Source of the DNA: Lama guanicoe
Taxonomy: Eukaryota
Assembly (NCBI GenBank): GCA_013239625.1
Contig: MU057344.1
Coordinates: forward strand, 1,614,276-1,678,275
Direction of reading: 5' to 3'
Length of the DNA: 64,000 bases
Each line of letters begins with the position of its first letter. The stretch's first letter is position 1. Below the pieces are notes generated by a model. It did no database searches. It was not told where the DNA came from and saw only the letters and a program-made list of their open reading frames with translations. Position numbers and translations under genes: made by a program. Shown here one piece after another: positions 9,981 through 23,279 of this stretch.

Positions 9981-12900
9981 GTATCAGCGGAGGGAGGGCT
10001 GTGGAGGGGAGGGAGCCCCACCAGGGATGTGTGGCTGCGGGCGGGGGGACAGCCCTGGGAGGCGGGTGGCCCTGAGGCTCTGATGACCTGGGGCTGGTCA
10101 AAGAGGGCCTCTCCCTTCACTGCCAAAGTCAACTTGAAGGAACGGAAGATCCATCCGTAGCCCGCAGCAGAACCACGGCCTCCAACCTTCGGGCTCAGCT
10201 TCCCGAAGACGACGAACAGGGTGGAGGGAGAACGTGGGCAGCATGGGGCCTCCAAGGTGGGCCTTTCACCTCCAACCCTGGCCCAAAAGCCCACCAGGGC
10301 ACTGGAACACTAATATTTCAAGGACATGGAAGGTGCAGGGCCATCAGCGATGACCTGGTCCAGGCCTTCAGCCTCCCCAGAGGGAGGGGAGACTCCACCC
10401 TCCAGGTCCAGTCTCAGCTCTGCTTCCATCTCTAGCTTCACCCCGGTTCCAGCAGGAGGCTGGCCGGCCGGGGGCATTGCCTCCTGCTGGAGGGAAACTA
10501 CGCTACTGGGACCTCCTCTAGATGTGCAAACGTCCTGGTGCTGGAGGCCGCCCTGCGAGGAGCAGAGGCCCTGTGACCCACTGAAGGCCCCCACCCACCA
10601 GCAGCCTTTCCCAGCGACCAGGCCCATCGGGCTCTGCTACACACTTCGGAGATGGGATCCCAGAGACGGGGTCTTCGGCCTGATTCTCACTTTTTAGGCA
10701 GGAAACAGAAACACTAAGTCCAAGTTTGTGCCAAGCTGCGAGACGGCGCAAGGGAGCGGAGCAGCTGGTGGTGGGCGGAGGGGCTCGAGCCGTGGGCCTA
10801 GGGCAGGCGACTGCGTGGCCTTGCTGCCTGCCCGGCAGTCCCTCTAGCCCCGCCAGCCCCGCCGGGCAGCGGCCGGGCAGCCAGGCCCCTCTGGGGTCCT
10901 GGAAATCGCAAGGTCAGGCTCAAAGGGCCAACCCTTCCATGCCAGGAGCTGAAAGTGTCCCCCAGGTTGTGGAGGCTGCCTCCCCCAGCCGCACCCCCAG
11001 TGGGAGGGCTCCTCTGGGCCCTGGAGGCACCGGCCCGAGACACCGCGACAGCGCGCGGCCTTGGAGAACGGCGACCGCCAGACGTCTAGGGCAAAGAATT
11101 CACTCTCCGGTCACTGCCGACCAACTCCAGGAATGACCACGAAACGGGAGCCCCCGGGAGCTGCACCAGCGAGAGGCATGGGCACCCGAGCCCCACCGCC
11201 AGCCGGGGCCGGCCAGGCTCAGCTCCTGCTGCCAGGAAGCCCCGGGCGCAGAACGGCCTGGGGCCGTAAATCACTTCGCCACCCACAGAACGGGCTGGAG
11301 ACGGAGGCCAGCAGGCGGAACCGCCGGCCGGGACTGCGCAGAACCTGGCCTGTGTCTCTCAGCTCCGGTGCTGGGGCCAGACTGCCCGTCACGGTCAGCG
11401 GGAGGTGGACCTGCGTGCCAGGGAGAGGGTACTCCTGCCTCCGAGGCTGACCGAGCCTGGCTTCGCCTCCGGCCTGGGTCTGCCCATCGCTGCCCTGGGC
11501 AGAAGCAAGTGGCCCAGCCACGAGGCCTCAGGAGTCCTGGGGTTCCCAGCTCCTCCTGTCCTCTGTCCCCTAGACCTGCCCACCCCAAGCCTCCTCAGAC
11601 CTCTCCGCACACACTCCACCCCTGCTCCCTGTCTCACGGGCTGAACAGGCTGGACCAGGCATGTGAGGGCTGTGGCCCCGTGTAACGAGACCAGCCCCCA
11701 GCCCAGAGGTGCCCCGTGTGCCCAGCAGCTCCGTGTGCCCCGTGTGACCAGGGCTGGCCAGGTTGGGACACATTGCCCTCGTGGGCTGCAGGAAGAAGCA
11801 GCTTCTGGAAGCTTCCAGAGACGGCCAGCGCCCGGAAGTGCTCCAACCCTGGGGAATCTGATTCACAGCTTCATTCAGGGCAGAGTCTCTGGGAAGCGAG
11901 TTTCTGTGGTCCAGGATCCCGTCGCCAGCTTGTGTCTGCAGGGCCAGCCTGCAGGAGGCCTGAGCTGTTGGAGTCTGTGCACGAAGGGCCTACTGGGCTC
12001 CGAGCAGGGGCTGGGCCCATTGACACCTGCAGTTCTCACGACTCGGGAATAAAACCCCAGTGGCCGAGGTGGAGGGCTCTCCCCTGGGTGTGTGCGTAGC
12101 CGGCGTCAGGCGGCCCGAGATGTTGATCTCCCCTGGGAGCTCCGTCCACGTGGTGTCTGCCCCCAGGGAGCTGGGGGCGGGCTGGGCTCATGGAAGGGGC
12201 TCAGGACATGTTACCTCCTGGGGCTCGGCTCCTCGTGGCCCACTGATGTTCACGTGTCTCCCTGGGACACAGTTGAGGGTTTTAGACTAACTAATTATTG
12301 GCTGCATGTTCTTAGCTTTGCATCAGCGGAGGGAGATTCAGAAGTCTGTGGTGCAAAGCCCGCATGTGGGGAAGGCACTACCCGGGGGCTGCGTGGCTGC
12401 TGCCTTAACGTGGGGGGGTCCGGCGTTCCAGGCCTAGAACAGGCGGACAGGCGAGGCCAAGGCCTCCTCCCTGCCCTGTGGCCCCTGAGGGCAAGGAACG
12501 GCCCCTCCTCCCCTCTTCCATTTCCCCTGAGAGGGTCAGGGCCCTCCCCATGCCTTATCTCCCTCACTGGACCTGCAGGGACAGGGTGCCCCTGCCCCCA
12601 GCCCAGGGTGCCCCGCACATGGTGCGAGACAGACGTCCGGTCAACAGGGCGCACTCAGCACCGGGAGGTGAGGCCCCCACCTTCCTGAGACCGGCTTTGT
12701 GGCCCCACCCTCTAGACTGAGTCCAAGGTGGGGTGGGGTCTCCCGGTGTCCACCCATCAGCCTGCCTGTTCATTGACCCCACCTCTGTGCACCTGCACGG
12801 CCTGCGCGGCCCTGTCCTCTCCGCCTGGGGGTCACGCTAAGTCAGCGGATGGAGCAGGCTTCACAGGGCTGCGGGCAGAGAGGGGCAACCTGGCATGCAC

Positions 12901-12989
12901 AGGGAGGTGTGGGCAGGGGCTGCCAAGGCTTCAGGGTGCGGAGGGTCCGGGCAGGACCTAAAAGCTGGAGTAGAGAGCCATCGGTTATG

Positions 12990-13200
12990 GTCTGAAGAAG
13001 AGTGTTCCCGAAGCGGGAACAGAATGTGCGAAGGCCTGGCTGCAGGGAACGGCCTGGCCACGGGGAGCAGCACTCAGGAAGGTGCAGCTCGACCCACCGC
13101 TCTGGGCGCAGGGCAGGGCAGAGCGCGGGAGGGGCCGCAGGCCTGCGGGCCGGGCAGGGGCCTCATCAGGCAGCTGGGCAGTGGGAGGGGCTTGGAGGTG
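12990..13200 (-). mobile_element. L2 fragment
   Basis: gagtgttcccgaagcgggaacagaatgtgcgaaggcctgg ~ L2 agcattccaggcagagggaacagcaagtgcaaaggccctg. Confidence 0.5.
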
Positions 13201-13987
13201 GGGAAGCGGCTCTCCCAGCAGGCACCAGGGCTGGAGGGCAGGTGCCCTAGCGAGCGGCGGTGCGGGTGGCCCCCGGAGACCAACTGCAGGGTGCAGCACG
13301 AATAGGCAAAGCCTCAGGGTCTCAGGGTCCCAGCCAGAGTGGGAGCGCCCCTGCCTGGGGAACCTCTGCTGCTTCTGCGGAAAAGAAAGACTCGAGGCAA
13401 ACGGGGCAGCAGCACTTCCGTTGCTCCGCGTTCTCTGGATCCCGTGGTACAAACCGAGACTCCAGTCAAATTTGGGGAAGAGATCAGAGCAGGAGCAAAG
13501 CCCCCACGGACCCTGACCCGCCCTCTCCAGCCCCTGGGACTCGGGCAGGATGGTCCCCTGAGCCAGAGTGTGTCTTTGTGGGGAGAGGGGTGAGCCACGG
13601 CCGGGGGCCACCGCTGCCAGGAGGGCGGCCAGCACACCGTGGGAGGGGAGGCCTCTGAAATGGAAAGACAGGGAGAGCTCCCTCCCCAGAAGCTGGGAGG
13701 AGTCCGGGTGACGGGGCGGGCAGCAGGGGTTAGCACGTCCTCACCCAGTTCTCACCCACCCGAACCCTCATTTCTTCTGAAACAGGGGGAAGGGGCTCAC
13801 TGGCGGTGGGCGCTGCCTCCTGGGCGCCCCGCCTTGGGTTGCCACCAGATGCCCCAGTGCCCGGAGGAACAAAGGTTCCTCTGCCATGGGAGGGGCCTTT
13901 GGAAGCAAAAGTGGGGAAGGGAATTCCCACATCTATTGTGACCCTGCCCGGGAGGCCCCGAGGGCCCCCTGATCTCCGTGTATCCAA

Positions 13988-14123
13988 GTGTGCATGTGTG
14001 TGTGTGTGGGCGCCTGTGAGTACGGGGGGCGGGGTAGACTGCGTGTGTGCACACGCATGCGCCCCGTGTACATACGCACACGCGGGTGGGTGTGCGATGC
14101 GTGTGCGCGCGGTGAGCGTGTGT
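13988..14123. repeat. (GT/CA/CG) alternating purine-pyrimidine low-complexity tract
   Basis: gtgtgcatgtgtgtgtgtgt...gcgtgtgtgcacacgcatgc...gtgtgcgcgc. Confidence 0.85.
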
Positions 14124-14214
14124 CCCGAGCGCAGCCCCTCACCGTGGACTCTGCGGACTCGAGGCGGGGGAACTGAGGGGGGAAAGAGCCGCTGAGAGCG
14201 AAGCCGTCGCATCC

Positions 14215-14644
14215 GAGTCTGATCGATGAGTTAGAGTCCAAATGCTCGACTAACTGCGCACATTAAATAAAAAGTCCCCCAAAGAGAAAGGAAAGAAAAA
14301 AAGACTAACCCAAGACACTTTTCAAAGCTTCTTTAATAAAATGTGTGTTTGGGACTTGACCGTAATGGCTACCGTCGCTTGCCAAAACCTGTCGCCCTGG
14401 CAGGTAACTTTCACCCAGCACATCTGAAATGGTACCTAAATGAATTAGCAATAAAATGGACTTAGACCGAGCAGTGGGGACCTCCATTAATCTCGGGTTA
14501 ATCACTAAAGAGGCGTCATTCACTTTTCTTAAGAAGTCACATTTTTCTCCCCTTGCTGGCGACCAGATTTCATAAAGTAACATATTTCTAATGAAAGGTC
14601 TCTGCTTGAATTAAAGCCTGAAGGTTTATGCAGATTTCGCGTTT
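14215..14644. promoter_or_regulatory. Long AT-rich candidate conserved non-coding element
   Basis: About 430 bp non-repeat AT island with many homeodomain motifs (TTAATAAAA, GCAATAAAA, ATTAATC, TTAATCA, TCATAAA, GAATTAAA). It is truncated by the gap. Confidence 0.6.
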
Positions 14645-14824
14645 NNNNNNNNNNNNNNNNNNNNNNNNNNNNNNNNNNNNNNNNNNNNNNNNNNNNNNNN
14701 NNNNNNNNNNNNNNNNNNNNNNNNNNNNNNNNNNNNNNNNNNNNNNNNNNNNNNNNNNNNNNNNNNNNNNNNNNNNNNNNNNNNNNNNNNNNNNNNNNNN
14801 NNNNNNNNNNNNNNNNNNNNNNNN
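14645..14824. other. Assembly gap (180 N)
   Basis: Run of N. Confidence 1.
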
Positions 14825-15395
14825 CAGGCCCCGGCACGGCGGCCCCTGCCGGCGACCAGCCTTGTCTCCGAGCCGCGGGGTTATTACAGACTCCGCACAA
14901 AGTAACTCTGACTGACACTCAGCAAGTTTGGTCGCCATTAGGGAAGGTCTGCTTTGCCGCCGCGTTGCTGGCTTTCCCATCACATTCTTCGCCTTTGTGT
15001 TTCGGGGGGCGGTGGTGGCGAGCGAGGGCAGGGAGGGGAGAGCGCGGCGTCGGGCCCGGGGCTGGGGTCTGGAAGCCGCAGGGCGGACGGCGCGGGATGC
15101 ACGCGAATGCTGCGAGTTGGCTCCCTTTGGCTCGAAATTTGGAAACGGGGTTTCTGGATGCTGGACACCTCGAGAGCTGGCCACGGAGAGACAGCAGGGT
15201 GGGGCCCCGCACATCCTGGCCGGGGTGGGGGCGCGGCAGGACCCGCTCGACAGCCGGTCTCAGCTTCCTTGGGAAGACGGAGCGCGGTTTCCAGCGAAAC
15301 GCACCGAGAGGCACGGGGGTCTGGCCCAGTGGAAGTCATAAATTATTATCTCGTTCAAGTCTTTCTTTCCTCATTGACTCTGCCTGGCAAAGGAG
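14825..15395. promoter_or_regulatory. CpG-island-like segment with flanking HOX/GATA island
   Basis: CpG-dense sequence (gcgcggcgtcgggcccggg, gggcggacggcgcggg) ending in gtcataaattattatctc. Confidence 0.45.
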
Positions 15396-16219
15396 CCGGG
15401 TTCTCCAGGGCCCAGCCGAGCGCATAACACCAGCCAGTCAACCGTGGGCTTGATGGCCCCCAACAAGTCCCTGGAAAGGAACAGGGGACGTCAGCGACGA
15501 CAGAGTGGGGGGCGTGCCATCCCCCGAGCCCCACAGCCCCCGGCCCGAGCCCCTCCAGGGGCTGCCTGTGGCAGCCGCCCCTCTCCCCCGTGCCCCTTCC
15601 TCTAACAGGACCCTAGAGAACGACAGAGACAGGGAGGAGGAGGGTCTGGCGGGGCCCATCCGGGGGGCAGTCACAAACTGGCGGCCATCAGACGTGCCGG
15701 CAGCGGGCCTGCCCCGACGGTGACCCTATCACCCTGTCCTGCCGCAGGGGCATCTCTGTTGGGGGTCAGTTTTGGACACAGTGGTAGAGCCAATGCTGGA
15801 CCAGCCCTGCCCTCTTTCCAAGTCCTTCGGGAATTCCATCCAGTTCCCTCGAGGAATGAGGGTGCCAGGACCCCGAGGCCTTCCTCCAGCACACGAGGTG
15901 ACCTTCATGGGGGGAGACATGAGAACGGGGAGGCAGAGCCAGGAAGCCTCCCCGACCTGGAGAGCCCTGCGCAGACGGAGTCGCCATCCGGCCACACCCA
16001 GGGAGGCCGCTGGCTTCCATGTTCAGGATCGGAGCCTCCAAGGTGCTCCGAGCCCTCTGCACCGCGGCCAAGACAAAGCTCCCTTTGGCCTGCGGTCAGG
16101 GCACAGGGGAGGGTGTGAGCACACACGTGAGCGCACGCGTGCCTGCGGGGCCACGTCCCGGGTCCCTCTCGGTTGCGAGCCCTGTTTCCGTTCCGCTGGC
16201 TTTGGTCTCTGAACACCGC

Positions 16220-16360
16220 ACCGTGTTGACAATTACCCACAGCCAGGACTTGCCAGAACCTGGAGTTGAAAAGGCTTCAAGGAGGGGAAAAACAACTGGA
16301 AAGCTGTTTTCTGTTAAGGCAGGTTTATTTTTCCTTGCAATTATGTCTGACTAAAACGTC
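16220..16360. promoter_or_regulatory. AT-rich candidate enhancer
   Basis: ttgacaatta, ggtttattttt and ttgcaattat motifs in a non-repeat AT island. Confidence 0.35.
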
Positions 16361-17109
16361 CTTGTGCGGGAGGCTCTTCCCCAAGAAAGGTCTGATTCAT
16401 CCTGGCCTGGACGGCAGGAGCGGCGGCCCCCGCCCACCCTCCGGCCCCGAGCTCCCGGCCAGGAGCCCACTGCAGTTGGCCCACGATGGGAGCCCTCGGC
16501 CCAGGCGGCCACCCCCGGGTGGGCCCAGAGACCGCGCTTCGGTGGAGGGAGCGCCGACTGTCCGGGAAGGGGCAACCCCAGGGGTCTGGAGACTCGGCAG
16601 CCGGCCCTGCCCTGGGGGCCGGTCGTGCACAGTCGGCTGGACGAGGCCGACGCCAGCCAGCACCCCGACTCTTTTGAAGTCTGTCCCAGAGCTATCTTCA
16701 GCCCCTGGCCTACAGGAAGCTTAGGGCTGGGGTCCGAGAACCAGCAGGGCCTCCTGAGTGGGGTCAGAGGCTCAGCCCTGGCCCCCACGTCCACCGCCAG
16801 CTCCAGGTCTGTGAACAAAGCCATTGCAGAGCAAGGCCCCGGGTTCTGAGTCCTCCCCAGGCCCCTGCCCAAACCATCCCTCCACCGTGCTGTCGTGGCA
16901 TCTCCCATCCTCCCGGGCCGCCCCGCCAGGGCCCCGAGGCCGGCCTGGTCCTGGATGGAGGGCGGGTGAGCTAGCGGGGCCTGGACGGCAGTCAAGTTCA
17001 GCATGTGTTACGCCGTCCTCCACAAGTCGCCCCTCACCCGCCCCAGCCCTGACCCCCGGCCTGCAGGCCGGCGTCTGCCTCTCGTCTCGCCGGTGTTTGC
17101 CCGTGCCGG

Positions 17110-17205
17110 GCAGTTTGATTGATCATCCCTGCGGCCACAGGTTGGTAATAAAGCCATTCTGAGAGCCTCTTGCATTTCCTCTGGGCCCCGTTGGCGTGAC
17201 AGGAC
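17110..17205. promoter_or_regulatory. PBX-HOX/MEIS composite element
   Basis: TGATTGAT (17116-17123), GTAATAAA nearby, TGACAG (17197-17202). Confidence 0.45.
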
Positions 17206-20196
17206 TTGACACCAGCCATTCGTCACCTGCTGCCTGTGGTCACTGTGGACGATGACCAGCAGACAGATAGGAACCAGGCCAGGACGGGGCTTCAGGAGGG
17301 GCTGGCCTGCAGCCGAGGTGGCGAGGGGCAAGCAGATGTGTCTGTGCGTCCTGGGCCCTCGGGGAGGTCGGGGCAGCACTCCAGCCCCTGGGCCGGCTGC
17401 CAAGGATCAGGTGCCACTGGGGGCGTCGCCCAGCACCACAGACTCCCCCTCCCCACGGGTGCACCCTCGTCCACCCTGCACACCGGGAGGGCGGCTGGGA
17501 AGCTGCAGGGAACCGTAGGAGCCGGGCGCTGGGTGGGGCCTCCTCCGTGGCCAGGCATGTGGCTCCCCCAGGGGAGGGAGGAACTGCAGAGGCAAAGGAG
17601 CATGGGGAAGGGAAGTCCCGGCCGACCCCACCTTCCTTCTCAGACAGAAAAAAACAGTTTACGATGTGAATCTGCGGATGCCCCTGGGGTGTGGCCTAGG
17701 GACAGTGTGGGCCGAACATCTCAGACTCTGGGGCCTGGGCACAAGGAAGTATTGACCCCAGATGTGTCCACAGCTGTCCCCAGAGCCGCGGGGGCTTCAC
17801 ATAGATGCGCACACCCTCCTAAGACCATGAATCCTGAGCTTCTGAGAGCTGTACGGCAACCAGTTTTGCTGGGAGACCAGGGAATCCTGTCACCCAAAAA
17901 GGGGCAAGGCCAGAGAGGGGTGTGGGGATGCAGTCTCCAGGCACCTCAGGGACTGTGTGCCTGGGGACTTTCCTAGTTCACACCCGTTCCTCTTGGTCAT
18001 CACGGCGCTTCCCCCCCATTCCATCCAGGTGCCCCACGACCCCCATAGAGCCGGCCAGTCCATCCTTAGGGTCCTTGCCTGGTCCTCCGCCCGTTCCCCA
18101 GCCCATGGCAGAGAAAACCATTTGAGGCCTCGCACCCCAATTCCTCCTGCGGACCACCTCCCAGAGAGCTGGGGCCATGTCTCAGCCGTGCCCCGGGGCT
18201 GGCCTCAGGCTGCATCTCATTCGTGTTCTGCTCGCCTCGCACTGCCCAAGTGCGCCGCACTGCCCCTCAGGCCCAGTCCAGGCGGGGGAGGCCCAGCCTC
18301 CTCAGCCGAGACACAGCCAGGCCTGCTGGGCTGACGAGCTGGGCTATGGGGCCCCAGTGGCCCCTGAGCCTTTTGCAGGGGGAGGTTCCCAATGCAGCCT
18401 CCTCGGCCCTGCGCTTCACGGTCCCAGAGCCGCTCTGGCGGCCACTGGTGCAGCTTGCAAACTGCTTTCTTTGCAAAGACCGCACAGAGAGACGACAGAG
18501 CAGGCCAGCCCCCCTGGGGTGGGCGGGGGGTGGCTGATGGCAGCGAGGGGCTGAGGTGACACCCAGAAAGCACACTGTGCGCCCAGCGTCTCCCCAGGAC
18601 CAGCTGCAGCTGCCGCCTCCAGGGCAGGGAATCCTGGGGGGCTCTGACTAGTCCCGCCTCAGGGCTCTGGGGGCCCGGCCGCCGCGCAGCGGGGGTGCCC
18701 GGGAGGCTCGTGTCAGGAGTTTCCGGGGTTTCCGTGCCTCTGCTTTCAGACCCGCGGAGGTTTTCTGAACTAAGATGCAGCTCTTGAAACGTGTTGGTTC
18801 GATTCATCGTTGCCTTTGGAAAAGCTCCCGGGGTCAGTGCTCTGTGCGCCCCTGAGGACGTGGACCTTGAGGGTGGGCCTTGCATTGAGATGCCCCGGTG
18901 ACATCCGGTCACCGCTCCATAGGGGGTGGCCCGCCCGCCTGGCTCACTTGGCCGTGTGATCCCCGGGCTGCAGCCAGGGCCTCATGCCCATCGCAGGGCC
19001 TCCCAGGTGCGCGGTGCCTGCTGACCGCCGTGCTCTACATGGTGCACAGCGGTGGTTCTAAACGCCACCTGGGTCACCGTGGTCCACTAAGTGCCACTCC
19101 CACTTAGACGTGGAGTCACAGTGGCTGCCCCACGCTCTGCGGGCTGCTAGTGGGGTCCTGCCTGTGGCAGTTCTTAATTTTGTCTCCCGTGTGGCGGCTA
19201 AACAGCATGAGGCTTGGGGTGCTGGTCCAAGCAGGCAGGGTCAGATCCTTCAAGACAGGGGCAAGGGCAGGGCATTCAGAGGCCCCAGCTGGACGGGCCT
19301 CAGTGCCCACCCAAGTGACTGCAGGCAGGCCGGCGGGAGCTGTCCCTGCACAGAAGCCTGGGGCCAGGCCCCCCCGCACGCCCTGCCGTCGCACCCGGCT
19401 GGGGGCTGGCTTCTTTCTGACCTGCCCTGGTCGGAGCCCCCTTTATTCAGAGCTCTGTCTCTGGCCAGCGGAGACAAGAGACAGTGGAAAGTCAGTCTCT
19501 GAGAGGAGGTCTCCCGTCCGAGGAAACAGAGCAGCTGCGAAGGTAGGTCCTGCAGGAGGCCTGAGAAAGCCGAGTGAAGGGGCTGCAGGGGGCCCCCTGC
19601 CCAGGCCCCTACAGAGGGGAGCCCACCCCGAGGCCCTTGCGCCACCTGGAGCTGAGGTCAGGCCTGGGGGCGCCTGGGGAGGGGGCGGGGAAGCCAGCCC
19701 ATGCCCAGCAGGTCCGCCGAGTGATGTCAGCCAGGAGGCCCTCCAGGGCAGGACGGCCAGGCTCGCAGCACCAGAGGGGCAGGTGTGTTCCCCGCTGCGT
19801 CGCCAGGAGAGCACGAGCCAGTCAGGACCAAGCCCCGTGGAGTCCGGAGGCGCTTAAAGGGAACACTGCCTTGCCTCCCAGGCACGGTCAGCACACGCGC
19901 CTTGTGAGGTGACCGGGGGGAATCAAGGTGGTCTGAATAAGAAAGTCTGTCCTGCCCACGATGCGCCTGCCAGTCCGTAAAGACAAACACCCGGGTTACA
20001 GGGAGAAAGACACTTCCGCTGTCAGCGCGAAGCTAGTGAGCGCCGCCTGGCCGTGGCTGGACGTGTCCGCGGCTGGGTGTGCGCACAGGCAGGTGTGCGC
20101 GGGAGCGGTGCAGGCATGTGCACACACGTGCTCATCGGGTCTGTGCCCTCGAGCCAGGACCAGCCTCGGGTGGGGTGTGACCTCGGCCCCCTACAC

Positions 20197-20341
20197 TTTC
20201 TTTCTTTCTTTTCCTCCCTGTTTTTTTGGTGGGGGCAGGAGGCGATTAGGCTTATTTATCTTCAGAGGAGGCACCGGGGGTTGAACCCAGGACCTCGTGC
20301 GTGCTGAGCATGCGCTCTAGCACTGTGAGCTGTACCCTCCC
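20197..20341 (-). mobile_element. Vic-1-like tRNA(Ala)-derived SINE (camelid)
   Basis: The minus strand reads gggagggtacagctcacagtgctagagcgcatgctcagcacgcacgaggtcctgggttcaacccccggtgcctcc followed by an ataaataagcctaat...A-rich tail; the B box GGTTCAACCC is present. Confidence 0.85.
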
Positions 20342-21114
20342 ACCTCTTCGCTTTCTTTCTATGGGAAGTCGCCCTTTGGCGTCTCTGTTCTTGCGTTTCA
20401 GTTTCTGCGCGGCTGTCGGTGGTGATGGTGCGGCACTCCTGGACAGCCTGGAGGACCGGCGACCTCCTCAGGGGATGTCACTACCGCTCAGGGGCTCCCT
20501 GTCTCACCTGGACAGGTGGGCCTGGGGGGTGGGAAGTGCCCTGTGCCAGGCTCGTGTCTCCCACATAGGTGAAATGGTTTTCTCTTCCAGTCGCCCTCCC
20601 CAACCCTCCACTGTCCCCGTCCAGCCCCACACCGGGGAGCGTCCATGCTGGGACCCCAGGGCGCCCATCACCCCACCTGTCTCGAGGCTGCAGGCGCAGC
20701 CCCACAGCTCACCCAGCTCTCACCAGGGGCCATGCCTTCAGGAAATCCACCCTGGCACCAACTGAAGTGTTCTCTGAGGCCTAAAAACAGGTGTTTAGCT
20801 TTGAAAAGAAAAAACCAAGAAAAAGACAGCTTGGGCAGGACCGGCTCCGGGGCCAAGCAGGAGGCAGGGTGGCGGGCTCGCCCTCAGAGCCCACGGGCCA
20901 CCGGGGCCGGTTCCCGCGGTGCTCCAGAGGGAAGGGCAGTCGCTCAGGGCCTCGGGCAGGGCGCGGGTGAATCACCCGGAAGCAAGCGGTTGGACTCTAG
21001 GCGTGGCTGCAGTCACTGCGGGTGGCTGCTTCCCCGATCCCGGAGCAGAGCAGGGAGGCTGGCTCTGGCCGGGGGTGACACTGCCACCCACCTTCCCCAG
21101 TTCTTCACCCTGCC

Positions 21115-21230
21115 GGCTTTATGTTGGGCAAGTCCTCAGACCTCTCCAAGTCTCAGTCCCTCGTCTGTGCCGTGGGGACAATGCCGTCTGCCTCCGGAGC
21201 TGGTGAGAAGGTGCAGTGGGACGGTGACGC
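21115..21230 (+). mobile_element. MIR SINE fragment
   Basis: ttgggcaagtcctcagacctctccaagtctcagtccctcgtctgtgccgtggggacaatg matches the MIR core. Confidence 0.7.
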
Positions 21231-23279
21231 CCAGCCCTGGGCGCGGGCTGCGGGAGGGGGCACTGGGTGCAGAATCAGGCGTGCTTGGCGTTCGGTTGCC
21301 AGAACGGTGCTGCCAGATAGCCAGGTGTCCTCTTCAACTATGAACTTTGCCGTTCTGTCCTGCTGCTCGCCTCCGCCCCAGCCCGGGTAGACGGAGGTGT
21401 CTCGGGCTGCGGCCAAGTCAGCCACAAACCCTCTGGGAGGACGCGTGCTGTGCGCAGGGTCCCCTGAGGGGAGCCTGGTGATGCGGACATGGCTCTGTGA
21501 CGGCAGCACCTTTCCTCTTGCTGCTGGTTCCCAGCCCCTGAGCCTGGCCTGCACAGAGCGGGTGCGCGGCGGGTACCTCCTGAATGGATGCATGGAGCCA
21601 GGACAGGGAGTGGACACTGCAGGAACGTGAACCCGGCAAAGGCTCTGCAGCAGGACACTCCCGGGGGTCCAGAGGCCCCTCCAGACGCAGACCGGCGCCT
21701 CCCACGGGCCAGGTTTACGTCTCTCTGGCCCTCTGTGTAGCCGGAGTCCCTCGGAGGTGGCTTTAGGCGGAGAGCTCCGTTTTCTAACTGTCGTTTCCGC
21801 TCAGCCGTCTAAAACGTCATTCCCTCACGTGCGTTTCTTCGGCCCTGCGTTTGCCCGGGCCCCAGGTCCCAGGTCCAGCCCCTGGCGTGGACCCACCAGC
21901 TCTCTCTTCTACCGAGGACGCCCCTTTGGACTTGCAAACGGAAAGCATCTGAACTAGTCTCCAGCTTGGCTCTCCTCTCCTACCTATGAACAGGCTGATG
22001 CGTGAGTTCTCAGAATGTTCTGGAAGAGGAATGTGCTCGGGGCTGGCCTTGGCATGCGAACATTCCATGGAGAGGTCTGTAAGTGCCAGCTTCTGGCACT
22101 TGCCCTGGAGACGCCTGCCGGCTGGGTCAGCTCGGGGGCCACCTGTGAGCCGGGCAGAGGCTCCGGGCTCCTTGACCCAGAGACCTGGTCCCCAGCTCCG
22201 GTGCTCGGGCGGTGACAGGCCAGGTAGTGTGGACCCTGGGCTGCCTCGTGGGCCGGGCCGGCTCTGCCACGGCAGGCTGCTCGCGAGGCTCCCCCGCGAG
22301 GAGAAAGGCTGCCTCCTACGAGGTGGAGGAGGGCCTGTAACTGAGTGGCCGTGGAGCCTGGTAGTGACAAGGTCGCCGAGGTCTCCCAGAGCCTGGCCTT
22401 GTGTCTGGAAAACACCTGCAGGAAAAGCCAGCGGGTCTGTGTCCACGTGGGCGGAGAGGCCCGCGGGCCACGAGCTTGCTCGTTGCTGTTTCCGCTGCCG
22501 CGTGTGTGACCCCTGGCAAGCCCGGCTTCACTGCCCCGAGGGAGGGGCATGTTTCATCCGTCTGCAGCGCGGCAGGGTGGGGCCCCCAGGCCCAGGTGAA
22601 GGTGCAGCCTTACCAGGGCGGCTCGTGGGGGTGATTCCCATCCTTCCCTCCTGCGCTTCCCTCGGCACTGGACCACCTCTCAGTGAGCACAGCCCGGGGC
22701 TTGGGAGCCTCCCTGCTAGACCCGGTGAAGCACGGCGTGGTGGGGGGCCGGGCGGAGGGGAGAAGCCCGTCTGCACACGTAGGTCAGGGCTTCACTCGGT
22801 CCCTCTTGACTCTGTACTCAGATGCAGTCTGGCCCAGTGGTCCGGCCACGGCTGCCCATTGGCCCCAGGAGCTGCCACAAGGGGCCTGCCCTAACGGGGC
22901 CTGTGGGGGCCAGAACGTCAGTCCGACAGCAGCCAGAGGCACAGAGCTCAAGCTCTGCGGGCGACACTCGGCCGGGACACCGGCTCTCTGCTTCGTGGAC
23001 AGGCTCGTCTCAAGACGTCAGCTTGCAGGTCCCGGCCGAGGGGACCCAGCTGCTCCGTGTGGCGGGCGGGCGGCCGCCTGGGGGGACCCGAGGGGTGGTC
23101 AGTCCGCCTCCTGCAGAGCCTGGGCCCAGGCCCGGGGAAGGGGCGGCCACCAGGCCACCCGGAAGCTGGGGTGAAGGCGCCCTCTATCGCCGGCTCGGGG
23201 GACGTCTTTCCTTCAAAGCCTGGCAGCCCTGAGAGCCTGCAAACCAGCACCAAACGCCCCGGGTTCTCCAGGCGTGATC

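Noticed and set aside
20265-20341. tRNA-Ala gene (also 58995-59072)
   Set aside because: The cloverleaf is degenerate and carries a SINE-specific A-rich tail, so these are SINE heads.
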